Source: a virus
IMG/VR virus record: IMGVR_UViG_3300042346_000326
Coordinates: 1 to 64,000 of that record
Length of the DNA: 64,000 nt
Reading direction: 5' to 3' (one strand)
Every line of letters starts with the position of its first letter. Positions within the stretch are counted from its first letter, which is position 1. Under the pieces are notes generated by a model. The model ran no database searches. It had not been told where the DNA came from and saw only the letters and a list, made by a program, of their open reading frames with translations. This document shows positions 20,614 through 30,420 of this stretch, in pieces. Both the position numbers and the translations under genes were made by a program.

Positions 20614-21656
20614 TAACTGATGAAGCCAAAAAAATCGTTGCCCAACTTAATAAAAAATTTGGTGATGGGGTTGTTGTATTTGCCAGTGATATTCGTGCTG
20701 ACCTTGTACCTAGGTTTACCAGTGGTTCTACAACTCTTGACTATGTTTTGGGTGGGGGTTTTCCTGGTAACCAGTGGAACGAATTAATTGGAGAACCATC
20801 TCACGGAAAAACAGCAGTTGCATTAAAAGCAATTGCTGCAAATCAATTAAAAGACCCTAACTTCACAACAGTCTGGGTTGCAGCAGAGGCTTGGGTTCCT
20901 GATTATGCAAAAATGTGTGGGGTAGATACCAGTAGAGTTATCGTTGTAGAAACCAGCGTTATGGAAGAGGCTTACGACGCCGTCATTGCATTTGCTGAGT
21001 CAAAGTCTGTTGACGCTATTGTTATAGACTCTCTTCCAGCCCTATCTCCTTCTCCTGAGTTAGAAAAAAATATGGATGAAATGACTGTTGGTAAGGGTGC
21101 TTTATTAACTAACAAATTTTTCCGTGTTGTTGGTACTGCAATGAAGCGCAGTCTTGTAGAAGCAGAACGTCCAGTTCTTGGAATCGTGATAAATCAATAC
21201 CGTATGAAGATTGGCGTGATGCACGGAGACCCACGCACAACTCCTGGTGGAGAGGGAAAGAATTATGCATTTTTCACTCGATGTGAAATCCGTAGAGATG
21301 AATGGATTGAACTTGGTTCGGGTAACAATAAAGTCAGAATTGGGCAAAGAATCAAGGTTAGGACTCTTAAAAATAAAACGGCGCCCCCACAGAGAGTCGC
21401 ATACTTTGACTTTTACTTCTCAGAAGGCGGCCCTTGCCTTCCTGGAGAATATGATTTCGCTAAAGAAATCGCGTCTCTCGCAGTAGTTAAGGGATTAATA
21501 GAACGAAAAGGTGGGTGGTATTACTATGGCGAAAGAAAGTGGCAGGGGATTGAACCCGTCATTGATAGCCTCCGTAGCGAGATTGACTTCAAGGAAGAAC
21601 TTGAAAAGGCTGTCCTTGAGTCAGCCGACTCCATTGTGGTAGGTGATGATGAGTAA
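20610..21656 (+). CDS. recA: RecA recombinase
   Basis: GEPSHGKT, IVIDSL, INQYRMKIG...PGG, KNKTAPP. Confidence 0.93.
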   Translation: MITDEAKKIVAQLNKKFGDGVVVFASDIRADLVPRFTSGSTTLDYVLGGGFPGNQWNELIGEPSHGKTAVALKAIAANQLKDPNFTTVWVAAEAWVPDYAKMCGVDTSRVIVVETSVMEEAYDAVIAFAESKSVDAIVIDSLPALSPSPELEKNMDEMTVGKGALLTNKFFRVVGTAMKRSLVEAERPVLGIVINQYRMKIGVMHGDPRTTPGGEGKNYAFFTRCEIRRDEWIELGSGNNKVRIGQRIKVRTLKNKTAPPQRVAYFDFYFSEGGPCLPGEYDFAKEIASLAVVKGLIERKGGWYYYGERKWQGIEPVIDSLRSEIDFKEELEKAVLESADSIVVGDDE

Positions 21657-21891
21657 CGGATTTGAAATTGTAGACCAACAATGGGCAGAAGATTTAGAGC
21701 GCGGTGTAGAGGCTTACACTGACATGCTTTTCGAAGCAATCTACGAAGGCACAGAAGAAGAGATTTCAGAAACAGTATCTGGTGAACCATTCTGTGGTTG
21801 CAACAGATGTTTCTGGAGAGAAACCTTGTTCTACATTGTTCCCAAGTTGCTAAAAGGATATGAGGAAGGCAAAATAGAACTTGAGGAGTAA
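21643..21891 (+). CDS. Hypothetical protein
   Basis: Coupled ORF with CGCNRC. Confidence 0.55.
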   Translation: MMMSNGFEIVDQQWAEDLERGVEAYTDMLFEAIYEGTEEEISETVSGEPFCGCNRCFWRETLFYIVPKLLKGYEEGKIELEE

Positions 21892-22198
21892 AGGGCAAAA
21901 GGAGTCTCAGAAGCACGAAAAGCGTTTAGCCAAGAAGATTGGTGGAAAACGCAATGCTGCATCTGGGGCTCTTTGGGCACGTAAAGGCGATGTTCGGTCA
22001 TCCGACCTGTTGATTGAACATAAGTGGACTGGTAAAAAACAGTTCACTATAAAGTCTGACGTGCTTAAGAAAAATGTTAGAGAGGCAATCCTAGAAGGAC
22101 GAATGCCAGTTCTTGGTGTTCATCTCGATGGGGAAGATTATGTCATTCTGCTTGAGGATGACTTCATTGAGATGAGGGATAAAACAAAGGATGCCTAA
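21881..22198 (+). CDS. PD-(D/E)XK Holliday-junction-resolvase-like nuclease
   Basis: HEKRLAK...ASGA...GDV...IEHK. Confidence 0.75.
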   Translation: MRSKGQKESQKHEKRLAKKIGGKRNAASGALWARKGDVRSSDLLIEHKWTGKKQFTIKSDVLKKNVREAILEGRMPVLGVHLDGEDYVILLEDDFIEMRDKTKDA

Positions 22199-22201
22199 CA
22201 A

Positions 22202-22519
22202 ATGGATGAACCAGAGTACGCTTGGCGATATCGAGCCCGATGCTCAGGAGAAGACACCGACATCTTCTACCCGCCAAGAGATAAGAATCAATACAAAATT
22301 ATCGCTAGTCAAGCGAAATCGTTTTGTTTTGGTGAAAGTGGAAAGAACCACTGTCCAGTTCGAGCAGAATGCTTATGGGACGCGGTATCACGAGACGAAC
22401 CACACGGAATTTGGGGAGGTCTCTCTCACAGAGAAAGAAACGCTTTGATGCGTAAGTGGCAAAAAAAGTACAAAAAGAAAATGACCCTAAAAGAATTTAT
22501 ATTCAGTAAGGAAATCTAA
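22202..22519 (+). CDS. whiB: WhiB-family transcription factor
   Basis: ARC...FYP...C...CPVRAEC...GIWGG. Confidence 0.9.
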   Translation: MDEPEYAWRYRARCSGEDTDIFYPPRDKNQYKIIASQAKSFCFGESGKNHCPVRAECLWDAVSRDEPHGIWGGLSHRERNALMRKWQKKYKKKMTLKEFIFSKEI

Positions 22520-23367
22520 TGCCAGTTCAAAACTCGTGGGAACTAAAGCGATTCCTTGATGCCAAAAAGACTGAGACACGTCTTATGGGTGATGTTGAAC
22601 GTCATCTTATGCGCAGACCAGAATCAGACCGTCGAACAGATGTTCTACACCCTTCTGAAATAATTAAATCAGATTGGTGCCACAGGTATGCCTTCTATCT
22701 TTTAAAGGGAGGAAAGAAACAGCAAGAAAAGCCATCTCTACGACTTCAGAACATCTTTGACGAAGGTCACGCTATTCATGCAAAGTGGCAGACTCGATTT
22801 TACGAGATGGGCAATCTTTATGGAAAATTTAACTGTATCTATTGTAAAAATGTAACTTTTGGATTGTCTCCACAGGAGTGCGAAACCTGCGGCTGCGATG
22901 TATTGGAGTATGGAGAAGTATCTCTAAGAGATGAGCCTCTCCGTATTGCTGGTCATACAGATGGCTGGATAAAGAACCTTGGAGAAGATTGCCTTATAGA
23001 AATCAAGTCTATTGGTGCTGGAACCTTGAGGTATGAGGCTCCAGAACTTCTTATGGATGCAAACCACGATGTGACCAAGGCGTGGAAGAATATACGTAGA
23101 CCTTTTCGTGGACACCTAATGCAAGGGCAGATGTATTTGGAACTTGCCAAGCGTATGTATGGAGATGAAGCGCCTAATGAAATAGTTTTTATTTACGAAC
23201 TTAAGGCAGACCAGGATTACAAAGAATTCACGGTAAAAGCAAACTTTGAAATAGTTGAAAGAGTTTTTAATGCAGCCCAAAAGGTAGTGAATGCTGTAGC
23301 GGCTGATAAGATGCCTGAGTGCAATGTTTCAGAGGACGGGTGTAAGCAATGCGACTTGATTCCATAG
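22519..23367 (+). CDS. Cas4-like PD-(D/E)XK exonuclease
   Basis: HPSE...WC, GHAIH, GHTDG, IEIKS, QGQMY, C-terminal CKQC. Confidence 0.8.
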   Translation: MPVQNSWELKRFLDAKKTETRLMGDVERHLMRRPESDRRTDVLHPSEIIKSDWCHRYAFYLLKGGKKQQEKPSLRLQNIFDEGHAIHAKWQTRFYEMGNLYGKFNCIYCKNVTFGLSPQECETCGCDVLEYGEVSLRDEPLRIAGHTDGWIKNLGEDCLIEIKSIGAGTLRYEAPELLMDANHDVTKAWKNIRRPFRGHLMQGQMYLELAKRMYGDEAPNEIVFIYELKADQDYKEFTVKANFEIVERVFNAAQKVVNAVAADKMPECNVSEDGCKQCDLIP

Positions 23368-23795
23368 ACCCATCAGCGTTAGTTACAAAACCAACTTACG
23401 CATTAACTCCACTGCCACCAGATATCACCTCATTGAGCAGTGAGCAACTGGCTGAGTTGTTTACGATTCTTACTGGATGGGCTGATTACACTGCATCACA
23501 ACTTGCAGAGGCTCAGTTAGATGAAAGAGCCGCTCAAAGAAAATTCGATTTAAAGGTTAATCGCCTTACGGTTGAGAAAATGGGCAATGCTACAAAAGGT
23601 GACAAAGTGACCCTTATCAAGGCTCAGATTGCCATTGATGACGAGGTTATACGATTGGAAGAAGAGTTTGAAGAGCGGTATGCTCGGAGAAAGATTCTAG
23701 AGATGATGCTCAATAATCAAGAACGAGACATCACGCTAGTTTCAAGAGAAATAACTCGTAGAACGGCTGGAGGGCCAAGGAGGGAATACGTATGA
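23349..23795 (+). CDS. Hypothetical helical protein (possible UvsY-like mediator)
   Basis: Coiled coil ending VSREITRR; recombination locus. Confidence 0.4.
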   Translation: MRLDSIDPSALVTKPTYALTPLPPDITSLSSEQLAELFTILTGWADYTASQLAEAQLDERAAQRKFDLKVNRLTVEKMGNATKGDKVTLIKAQIAIDDEVIRLEEEFEERYARRKILEMMLNNQERDITLVSREITRRTAGGPRREYV

Positions 23796-24676
23796 AAAAG
23801 TTATTAGTAATCGTTTTATTGCTGGCAGGATTGTCTGCACCAGCACAAGCAAGCACACCAACAGTTGCAATTATTGATGTCGGGTTTAATACCTCGTTAT
23901 TTGCAAACAACGTTGTCTATGAAGTTTGTATCGTATCTGTAGCGGCATGTCCAAATGGAACACGCTTTCAGGAAGGTGCGGGAGCAGCCACTGTTGCTGC
24001 TAATTCATTGCCAGCATTTGCTCATGGAACTAACATGCTTTCAATTCTGACATCAGTAAACCCAGATGCAAAAGTTGTGTTGGTTCGTGTTCTTGGATTA
24101 AGTGCAAACGGCAGAGCAGGAACATATTCAATTGATGATGTAACTGCTGCGTTGAAGTGGGTTGTAAATAATTACTCTAAACTCAATATCAAAGCAGTAA
24201 GTATCTCTCAAGGAAAAGTCAATGGTGCTTGCAGAGCAACTTTTGATTTAGTTAACAGCGTTAAAACTTTGACTGCTGCTAATGTGGCGGTAATTGCATC
24301 TACTGGTAATGAAAAGAATCGAACTAATATGGCTGTTCCTGCTTGTATTGACGAAGCCATTTCTGTAGGTGCTACTGACAATCCTGAAGTTAGCAATACT
24401 GGCAAGGGTTGGGATGTATCGGCTTCACCAACAGTTGCTTTGTACAGCAATGGGAATGCATCAACAGATTTTTACACTAATGGTCGTTTCTTTTACACCG
24501 CTATGAATGGGACACGTCAGTTCTCTGTTGGAACTTCAAACGCAACAGCAGCCTTTGCGGGTTGGTGGATGGATAATTTGCGCCCAACAATTGCTGAGAC
24601 TTATTCTTTATTCTCAGCAACTGCTACCACTACATCTAATCAATGGTTAACAGGAAGGTATGTATTTATTCCATGA
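23792..24676 (+). CDS. Secreted S8 subtilisin-like protease
   Basis: Signal peptide (SAPAQA); triad IIDVG / AHGTNM / GTSNAT; oxyanion STGN. Confidence 0.85.
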   Translation: MKKLLVIVLLLAGLSAPAQASTPTVAIIDVGFNTSLFANNVVYEVCIVSVAACPNGTRFQEGAGAATVAANSLPAFAHGTNMLSILTSVNPDAKVVLVRVLGLSANGRAGTYSIDDVTAALKWVVNNYSKLNIKAVSISQGKVNGACRATFDLVNSVKTLTAANVAVIASTGNEKNRTNMAVPACIDEAISVGATDNPEVSNTGKGWDVSASPTVALYSNGNASTDFYTNGRFFYTAMNGTRQFSVGTSNATAAFAGWWMDNLRPTIAETYSLFSATATTTSNQWLTGRYVFIP

Positions 24677-24957
24677 GTGACCCAATTTTGCCCGAAGCAC
24701 ATCAACTCATTAACAATGATAGGAATGAGTCCTATGACCATCCCTTAGATAACTTCAACAGAATAAAAAAAGGATGGGAAGTTATCTTTGGTTTTAAAGT
24801 TAGTGAAGAGCAAGTTGGCCTTGCTATGGCATGGGTAAAGATTGCACGGGAAGCCTACAGACATAAGAGGGATAATCTGGTAGACGGCGCTGGTTATCTT
24901 GGAACTGTAGACATGGTCATTACTGAAAGAGAACGCCGTGCCAACAAAAACGTTTGA
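24673..24957 (+). CDS. DUF6378-like protein
   Basis: DRNESYDHPLDNF...KIAR...DNLVDGAGY. Confidence 0.75.
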   Translation: MSDPILPEAHQLINNDRNESYDHPLDNFNRIKKGWEVIFGFKVSEEQVGLAMAWVKIAREAYRHKRDNLVDGAGYLGTVDMVITERERRANKNV

Positions 24958-25516
24958 TGGCAATTTAAATGAGGGCGAACCAGTATCAATAGGGATTGAC
25001 CAATCTCTTACTGGTTTCGCCTTCACTGCTCTTGCAACACCTAACCCAAATCAATATCACACATGGGTATACAAATCTCCATATTTTGGAATAGAGCGTC
25101 TTGTAGATATACGGCAATTTTTATTTGACCATTTTGACTACATATCTGAAAAGCACGAAATTCAAGACATTGCAATGGAAGGCACAGTTCTTGCCAGTCA
25201 TTCCGCTCTTGTACTGGGTGAGTTATCTGCCCTTGTAAAACTTACTGTCTACGATTATTTTGACAATAACACTAGATTTCCCTTGATGGTTCCTCCTATG
25301 ACCTTGAAGAAATACGCAGCAGGTAAAGGAAACGCCAAAAAACAAGAGATGCTCCTACAGATGTACAAGAGATGGGGCATAGAGTTTAATGATGATAACG
25401 CTGCAGATTCATATGCTTTGGCTAGATTGGCAGCAGGCATCTACAAAGACAAGGTAGAGCAGGCTGTAGTTGAGCAAATAAAAGACCCTAAATACAGAGA
25501 CCAAGCAAGACTTTAG
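24938..25516 (+). CDS. RuvC-like resolvase
   Basis: GIDQSLTG, AMEG, LKKYAAGKGNAKK, DNAADSY. Confidence 0.85.
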   Translation: MPTKTFDGNLNEGEPVSIGIDQSLTGFAFTALATPNPNQYHTWVYKSPYFGIERLVDIRQFLFDHFDYISEKHEIQDIAMEGTVLASHSALVLGELSALVKLTVYDYFDNNTRFPLMVPPMTLKKYAAGKGNAKKQEMLLQMYKRWGIEFNDDNAADSYALARLAAGIYKDKVEQAVVEQIKDPKYRDQARL

Positions 25517-25571
25517 TCTTACCATTTAGTCCTAGGAGTGGCACCACATCGGAACCAAAGGACTAAAAAAC

Positions 25572-25865
25572 GTGTCTACACAAGAACCAGTAATTACTGC
25601 TGAAGAACCATTTCTCCGCGTTAGTGCGGGCTCAAATCCTCAATCTGTTGCTTCAGCAATTGCCCATGCAATCTATGACAAACACGAGGTTAAACTTCGT
25701 GCCGTAGGTGCTGGTGCAGTAAATCAGGCAGTCAAGGCAATTGCAATCTCTCGTGGCTATGTCGCACCTCGTGGCATGGATTTAACCTGTAAACCAGGCT
25801 TTACCACGATTGAAAGCCGCGATGGAGAAATAAGCGCCATCGTATTCGCCATTACAGCGAACTAA
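25572..25865 (+). CDS. spoVS: SpoVS-family protein
   Basis: LRVSAGSNPQSVASAIA...AVGAGAVNQAVKAIAISRGY...CKPGF...ISAI. Confidence 0.9.
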   Translation: MSTQEPVITAEEPFLRVSAGSNPQSVASAIAHAIYDKHEVKLRAVGAGAVNQAVKAIAISRGYVAPRGMDLTCKPGFTTIESRDGEISAIVFAITAN

Positions 25866-25903
25866 AACAGGCTTATCCTTGGGGTAAGCAAGGGAGTTTT
25901 ACT

Positions 25904-26362
25904 ATGGCAAATTGGTCAGATATGGGATATGCAGTGCGTCGTCGCATGGGCATTCCTTCAAGCCACTCAGAATCGGCAGGTACTATGAAAAATCGCAATA
26001 TTGACACACCAGAAGAAGTTCTCGCATCTGCAGCACACTCTGCAAGTCCACGTCGTTATGTAGGCATGGATTATTCAGGTGTGACAAATGTTAGCGCAAA
26101 GCCTCTTAAAGGCACACTAATGCCTAAGAAAAATACACAGGCTGGCGACCCAATAACTGCAAACAAAGCAAACCGCAAGAATGTTCCTGCAGGTAATGCA
26201 GCACAGTCTGAGCGTATGGGTGCACGTTATACCATTGGTGCAAAGTTTCCAGCAGTTTATTCTGCGGAAGCATCTGCAACATTGGCTAACGCAAAAGTTG
26301 TGCCTTCAGTTGTTGGACGTCAATCTCCAGACTTTAACTACGGAGCAAAGAGCGGCTACTAA
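25904..26362 (+). CDS. Hypothetical protein
   Basis: ORF with RBS. Confidence 0.55.
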   Translation: MANWSDMGYAVRRRMGIPSSHSESAGTMKNRNIDTPEEVLASAAHSASPRRYVGMDYSGVTNVSAKPLKGTLMPKKNTQAGDPITANKANRKNVPAGNAAQSERMGARYTIGAKFPAVYSAEASATLANAKVVPSVVGRQSPDFNYGAKSGY

Positions 26363-26363
26363 A

Positions 26364-26630
26364 ATGCCAAATTCTGTTGCACAATTTGGTGACGACGATT
26401 CTGGCTTTAACGCTTATAAATCTCCAAGGTTAGACATCGACTCACCTGTATCGTATGGTTCTGCAACTCGTGGAACATACGAATCACGTACTGCGTGGAA
26501 AACACGAGACATGAGTCGTGGAGGTCCTCTTCCTTATTCGAAGAGGAGTGCAGGTTCTGTATACAAATTTGATGATGACTCTTCTCCTAATCTTCCACGC
26601 TCAGACAAGGGTGTAGGAAGAAATGAGTAG
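26364..26630 (+). CDS. Hypothetical protein (MPNSVAQF...)
   Basis: ATG directly after the upstream stop. Confidence 0.5.
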   Translation: MPNSVAQFGDDDSGFNAYKSPRLDIDSPVSYGSATRGTYESRTAWKTRDMSRGGPLPYSKRSAGSVYKFDDDSSPNLPRSDKGVGRNE

Positions 26631-27354
26631 AAATGAAGAATTTAGCGTTGGCAATAATGTCTCTGTTCCTTTAGCATCTGAAGGCGCTGCTCGTTATGCA
26701 AGAGAAGCAGGTCTTAACCGACCTAATCGTTTTGATAATGTAGTTGTTAATACACCTCAAGCAAGAAAAATTGCACAGGAATACCAAGAGGCTCCGTCTT
26801 TTGACCCTAAAGCCATTCCTCATTACAAAGCAATGGCAGAAGAAACAAAACGTCAATTTGATTTTATGACTCGTCCTAAAGCAAAAGGTGGACTTGGAGT
26901 TGATGTCCAAGTAACACAACATGACCCATATGCAAAAGCCGCTCATATGATGCAAGACGCTGGACAAGGAAGATTTAAAGTTTTTTCTTCAGCATCAACA
27001 GGTGGTCACCCATATTTTTCAAATGAAGAGAACGACATGTTTCGTGCAGTACATGACTTTTTTGGTCATGCTGCAACAGGAAGAGGATTTGACCCACATG
27101 GCGAAGAGGCTGCCTTTCGGAGTCACCACGCTATGTTTTCTCCTGTGGCTCGACCTGCCATGGCAACGGAAACTCGTGGACAAAACAGTCTTTTAAATTA
27201 TGGAGATAGAAAAGGCGAGTTCCCAGAGCAGAAGGTAGCCGTCCTAAAGTCGTCTGGACTAATAACTCCAATTGGTCGTCGTGCAGAGTTTCTTCGTTCT
27301 GCTGTTGAGGCTAAAGCAGCCCACGAAAAAATGTTACGAGGGTTCAAGTCATGA
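26623..27354 (+). CDS. Phage hypothetical protein with HxxxxH motif
   Basis: NDMFRAVHDFFGH...GEEAAF...ETRGQNS. Confidence 0.6.
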   Translation: MSRNEEFSVGNNVSVPLASEGAARYAREAGLNRPNRFDNVVVNTPQARKIAQEYQEAPSFDPKAIPHYKAMAEETKRQFDFMTRPKAKGGLGVDVQVTQHDPYAKAAHMMQDAGQGRFKVFSSASTGGHPYFSNEENDMFRAVHDFFGHAATGRGFDPHGEEAAFRSHHAMFSPVARPAMATETRGQNSLLNYGDRKGEFPEQKVAVLKSSGLITPIGRRAEFLRSAVEAKAAHEKMLRGFKS

Positions 27355-27566
27355 CCGTAAAAGCAAAAGTTGATATTAAAACACTAGAATTTATGCTTGA
27401 TTTACCGCAATCTTTTGTAATAAAAGACATCTCTTTAGATAAAGATACTGCTACTTTAACTATAGATACCTCAGATGAAACTCCTCCTGAGTTTTCCCTT
27501 GTGTATGGTTCAGATGAGTACGGAAATGTTGCTTTAACAGGATTTGATGAGGTAACAAGTGATTAG
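27351..27566 (+). CDS. Hypothetical protein
   Basis: ATGA-coupled ORF. Confidence 0.5.
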   Translation: MTVKAKVDIKTLEFMLDLPQSFVIKDISLDKDTATLTIDTSDETPPEFSLVYGSDEYGNVALTGFDEVTSD

Positions 27567-28170
27567 TCATGAAGAGTTTGCTAGAAGAGTAAATGAAGAC
27601 GAGGGTGCTTCTCGTACATTTCGTGGTAAAAAAGAAGTGAAAGGCCCTGGAGTTATGGTCTCTAAAGAGGGTGCAGAAGAAAAAAGCGCACCTCCTTTAA
27701 CCCCCTCTCAGGCTAGGTCATACTATAAGAAACATGCTCCTGGTGCAGACGCTGCAGAAGCCCATGGTGGTTGGAAACAAGGTGGAATTGTTTTTCAAGA
27801 TAGTAGTCGTAAATATGAGTCTTTAGAAGATGCACGAGATGCAGGCAGAGTAAACAGACAGATTGCTGGTTGGGATTTAGGAAAGGGCAACGAAGAGCAT
27901 GGTGTGGACATTCTTCATCCAGAAGGTGGAAATGTTTATTTTGCTAGAGAAATGCCTGGAATCAATTCTGATTGGAGATGGCGTCAGACTTCTAGAACAA
28001 CTAGCGAATATGAAAAGTTAGCGCCTAAACCAAAACGAGGAGACAGAGTAAATCTTGCACACGTAAATCGTGGTGCAACAAGAAAGACAAGGACAGGAAA
28101 GACTGTTCCTGTTACTTTAAATGAGGTAATGGCAACTATTTCTAAAAATAGAAGAAGGACAGGTATCTGA
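27559..28170 (+). CDS. Hypothetical protein
   Basis: Coupled ORF; HGGW...QDSS...QIAGWDL. Confidence 0.55.
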   Translation: MISHEEFARRVNEDEGASRTFRGKKEVKGPGVMVSKEGAEEKSAPPLTPSQARSYYKKHAPGADAAEAHGGWKQGGIVFQDSSRKYESLEDARDAGRVNRQIAGWDLGKGNEEHGVDILHPEGGNVYFAREMPGINSDWRWRQTSRTTSEYEKLAPKPKRGDRVNLAHVNRGATRKTRTGKTVPVTLNEVMATISKNRRRTGI

Positions 28171-28703
28171 TGCCAACAGGTGCTAATAATTTTTCTGCTA
28201 GTCAGAACTGGCAATCACTTGGTGCTGGTGGTTTTTATGGGTACAACAACCAGGGTGGTGCAGGAACTCCTGTAGCCCATGACACTATGGACGCTCTGCG
28301 TATTGGTGTCGGTCGTGTTCCTTCTGCAGAATATCCAGACGGATATCTAGGAACGATTCGTTCACGTCGTGATGACAGGTTACTTGATAGTGTAAAGTCT
28401 CGCGTTAATCAAAAGGCTTATCAACGCGGTGTTCACAAAGGTGAGCGTATCGAGCCATCGATGTACTTTTGGCCTCAAGAATTTACTTCTGACATGGGAA
28501 TTATGCGTCAGATGCGTGCAGTACCTGATGCAAGTTCAGGTGCAACTGTTTACCGTGCACCACGCTTTGCACCACAAACACAGTTAACACCTGCGCCACA
28601 TCTTGTAAACGATGGTAAATCAAATTTGGTTTCTGATGCTCCTGGTCAAATTGATGTTCGTCGCCAAAATATGTTGGCTTATCTGAAACCTGCGTGGCGA
28701 TAA
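28170..28703 (+). CDS. Hypothetical protein
   Basis: Coupled ORF; YPDGYLGTI...RGVHKGERI. Confidence 0.6.
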   Translation: MPTGANNFSASQNWQSLGAGGFYGYNNQGGAGTPVAHDTMDALRIGVGRVPSAEYPDGYLGTIRSRRDDRLLDSVKSRVNQKAYQRGVHKGERIEPSMYFWPQEFTSDMGIMRQMRAVPDASSGATVYRAPRFAPQTQLTPAPHLVNDGKSNLVSDAPGQIDVRRQNMLAYLKPAWR

Positions 28704-29356
28704 TGGCATATTTTGGAGTTAATGAACATGGTCGTTGGGACAAAAATTTAGCACAAGCACAGTTCCACACTCACGTGCAGAACATACTTGATAAGTATCA
28801 CACAGCCAGCCCTGAATTAATTAAGGGTGGCTCTGCATGGTATGAACGTGCACATGAGGAAGCAAAAAAGATTGGTGGTGGTGACGTTCGCAAAGGTGCA
28901 GGAATTATTGCTGCATTATCTCCTTTAAATGATTGGGATAGAAACGTTGCTGAAGCACATGAATTGCGCAAAACAGGGGGCGTATCAGGCGCTCTTCTTC
29001 CACAGAATGTAGAAAAAGCCAGACGCATTCACAGTGGAGAAGACCCTCACGATGTACTAGGTGGACATAAAGTTCGTAGTTTTTTTGAAAACATTCACGA
29101 CCCAAGCAACAAAGAGCCAGTGACTATTGACCGTCATGCTTATGACATTGCTATGGGACATCCGTTTGTAGGAACGGGAAGAAAGACAACACAACGTGGT
29201 GGTGGAGGAAAGATGTCTCCAGATGTTGGGCTCTCTGCTATGGGACGTTACCAGCATTTTGTTCACGCTTACAAGAAGGCCTCCGAAAATCTTGGTGTAG
29301 AAATTCCTAACAGAGCACAAGCAGTTTCTTGGGTTGCACATAGAGGTGCGCTATGA
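28703..29356 (+). CDS. Putative HhH-glycosylase-like phage protein
   Basis: GSAWY, IIAALSP...W, GHKVRSFFENI, VTIDRHA, QAVSW. Confidence 0.55.
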   Translation: MAYFGVNEHGRWDKNLAQAQFHTHVQNILDKYHTASPELIKGGSAWYERAHEEAKKIGGGDVRKGAGIIAALSPLNDWDRNVAEAHELRKTGGVSGALLPQNVEKARRIHSGEDPHDVLGGHKVRSFFENIHDPSNKEPVTIDRHAYDIAMGHPFVGTGRKTTQRGGGGKMSPDVGLSAMGRYQHFVHAYKKASENLGVEIPNRAQAVSWVAHRGAL

Positions 29357-29712
29357 CACAGAAATATGATGGAGTTTACGATTACACAAAACCATGGCGT
29401 GCACCTGTTCAACCTGACCAAGTAGCAAAGCGTTGGCAATACAACGGCCCATGGTCAAGCAATATGGAGCGTTTGACATCGCAGGCTCTTATGGTTGCAA
29501 CAATTCCTGCTGCTGAAATTTCACAGATGGTTCGTCCACCATTGCCACAGATTCGTCTATTTCCAGACCGTTATGGATATGACCGTCGTGCTGTAGGCAT
29601 AGATGACGTTGTTACTGTTGATAGAAATTATGTTGAGCCTCGCATTTCCTGGTACTCAGGAAGCCCTGCGGGATACACTGGTGCAAGTAGAAACACGTTA
29701 GGAAGCGAATAA
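29353..29712 (+). CDS. Hypothetical protein
   Basis: Coupled ORF. Confidence 0.55.
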   Translation: MTQKYDGVYDYTKPWRAPVQPDQVAKRWQYNGPWSSNMERLTSQALMVATIPAAEISQMVRPPLPQIRLFPDRYGYDRRAVGIDDVVTVDRNYVEPRISWYSGSPAGYTGASRNTLGSE

Positions 29713-30011
29713 TGCCAATCATAGGTCCAGTAATAGGTGTGTTAGCACGTGCTGCTGCTTCAAAAGTGGCACAACGTGGCGCAACCGCTGCTGCAGGTCG
29801 TGCTGCAAGTTCAGCACAGTTTGCACGTGGAGCATCTACTCTTGCTAGATTTGGAAAAACAGCAACAACAGTTGGACGAGGCGCACTGTTAATGTCTACG
29901 TTTATGGGAAGTGGGTCTTCAGGTTCTCAAGCAGCGCCTGCTCAAATGCCAACTGAATCAGGACCAACAAAGAAACAGGGTCTTGATACATACGGAGATG
30001 GAATTTACTAA
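29712..30011 (+). CDS. Ala/Gly-rich hypothetical protein
   Basis: TAATG coupling. Confidence 0.5.
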   Translation: MPIIGPVIGVLARAAASKVAQRGATAAAGRAASSAQFARGASTLARFGKTATTVGRGALLMSTFMGSGSSGSQAAPAQMPTESGPTKKQGLDTYGDGIY

Positions 30012-30217
30012 TGGATAAAGATTTCCTATCAGAAGGAGGAATGACTCCTGCAGAACAGCATGGAGCAGTGATGCGAGCATCTGCAGTTCCTGTTTCTGAA
30101 ATGGAAGGGTATTATCCTTACTACAAGACTTCTGGTAAAAGTGCAGACATGCTTTCTAAAGTCTTGTTTGAGTCTCGAATGAGACGAGAAATGCCAGAGA
30201 TGAAAGGAGATGCGTAA
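30011..30217 (+). CDS. Hypothetical protein
   Basis: TAATG coupling. Confidence 0.5.
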   Translation: MDKDFLSEGGMTPAEQHGAVMRASAVPVSEMEGYYPYYKTSGKSADMLSKVLFESRMRREMPEMKGDA

Positions 30218-30420
30218 TGGCTGATGACGGCGATGGCGCTTTAACAATGGAACTTCAGGCTCGAAAGATAGCCGAAAATGCCACCCTTTATAATGGTTCT
30301 TCCGCATGTCCGACCTGTGGAATGATAATCAACCCTGTAGAATTTCTAGCAAATCAAGGGCACTGCACTGGCTGTGTAACAGTCAAGCGTCAGAAGAGAG
30401 CAAAGGAACTAATGCAATGA
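30217..30420 (+). CDS. Small Zn-finger protein
   Basis: CPTC...CTGC. Confidence 0.55.
   Translation: MADDGDGALTMELQARKIAENATLYNGSSACPTCGMIINPVEFLANQGHCTGCVTVKRQKRAKELMQ

Noticed and set aside
22519-23367. Cas4-like gene as sign of a CRISPR system
   Set aside because: No other cas genes or repeat-spacer array seen; solo Cas4-like nucleases are common in phage recombination modules
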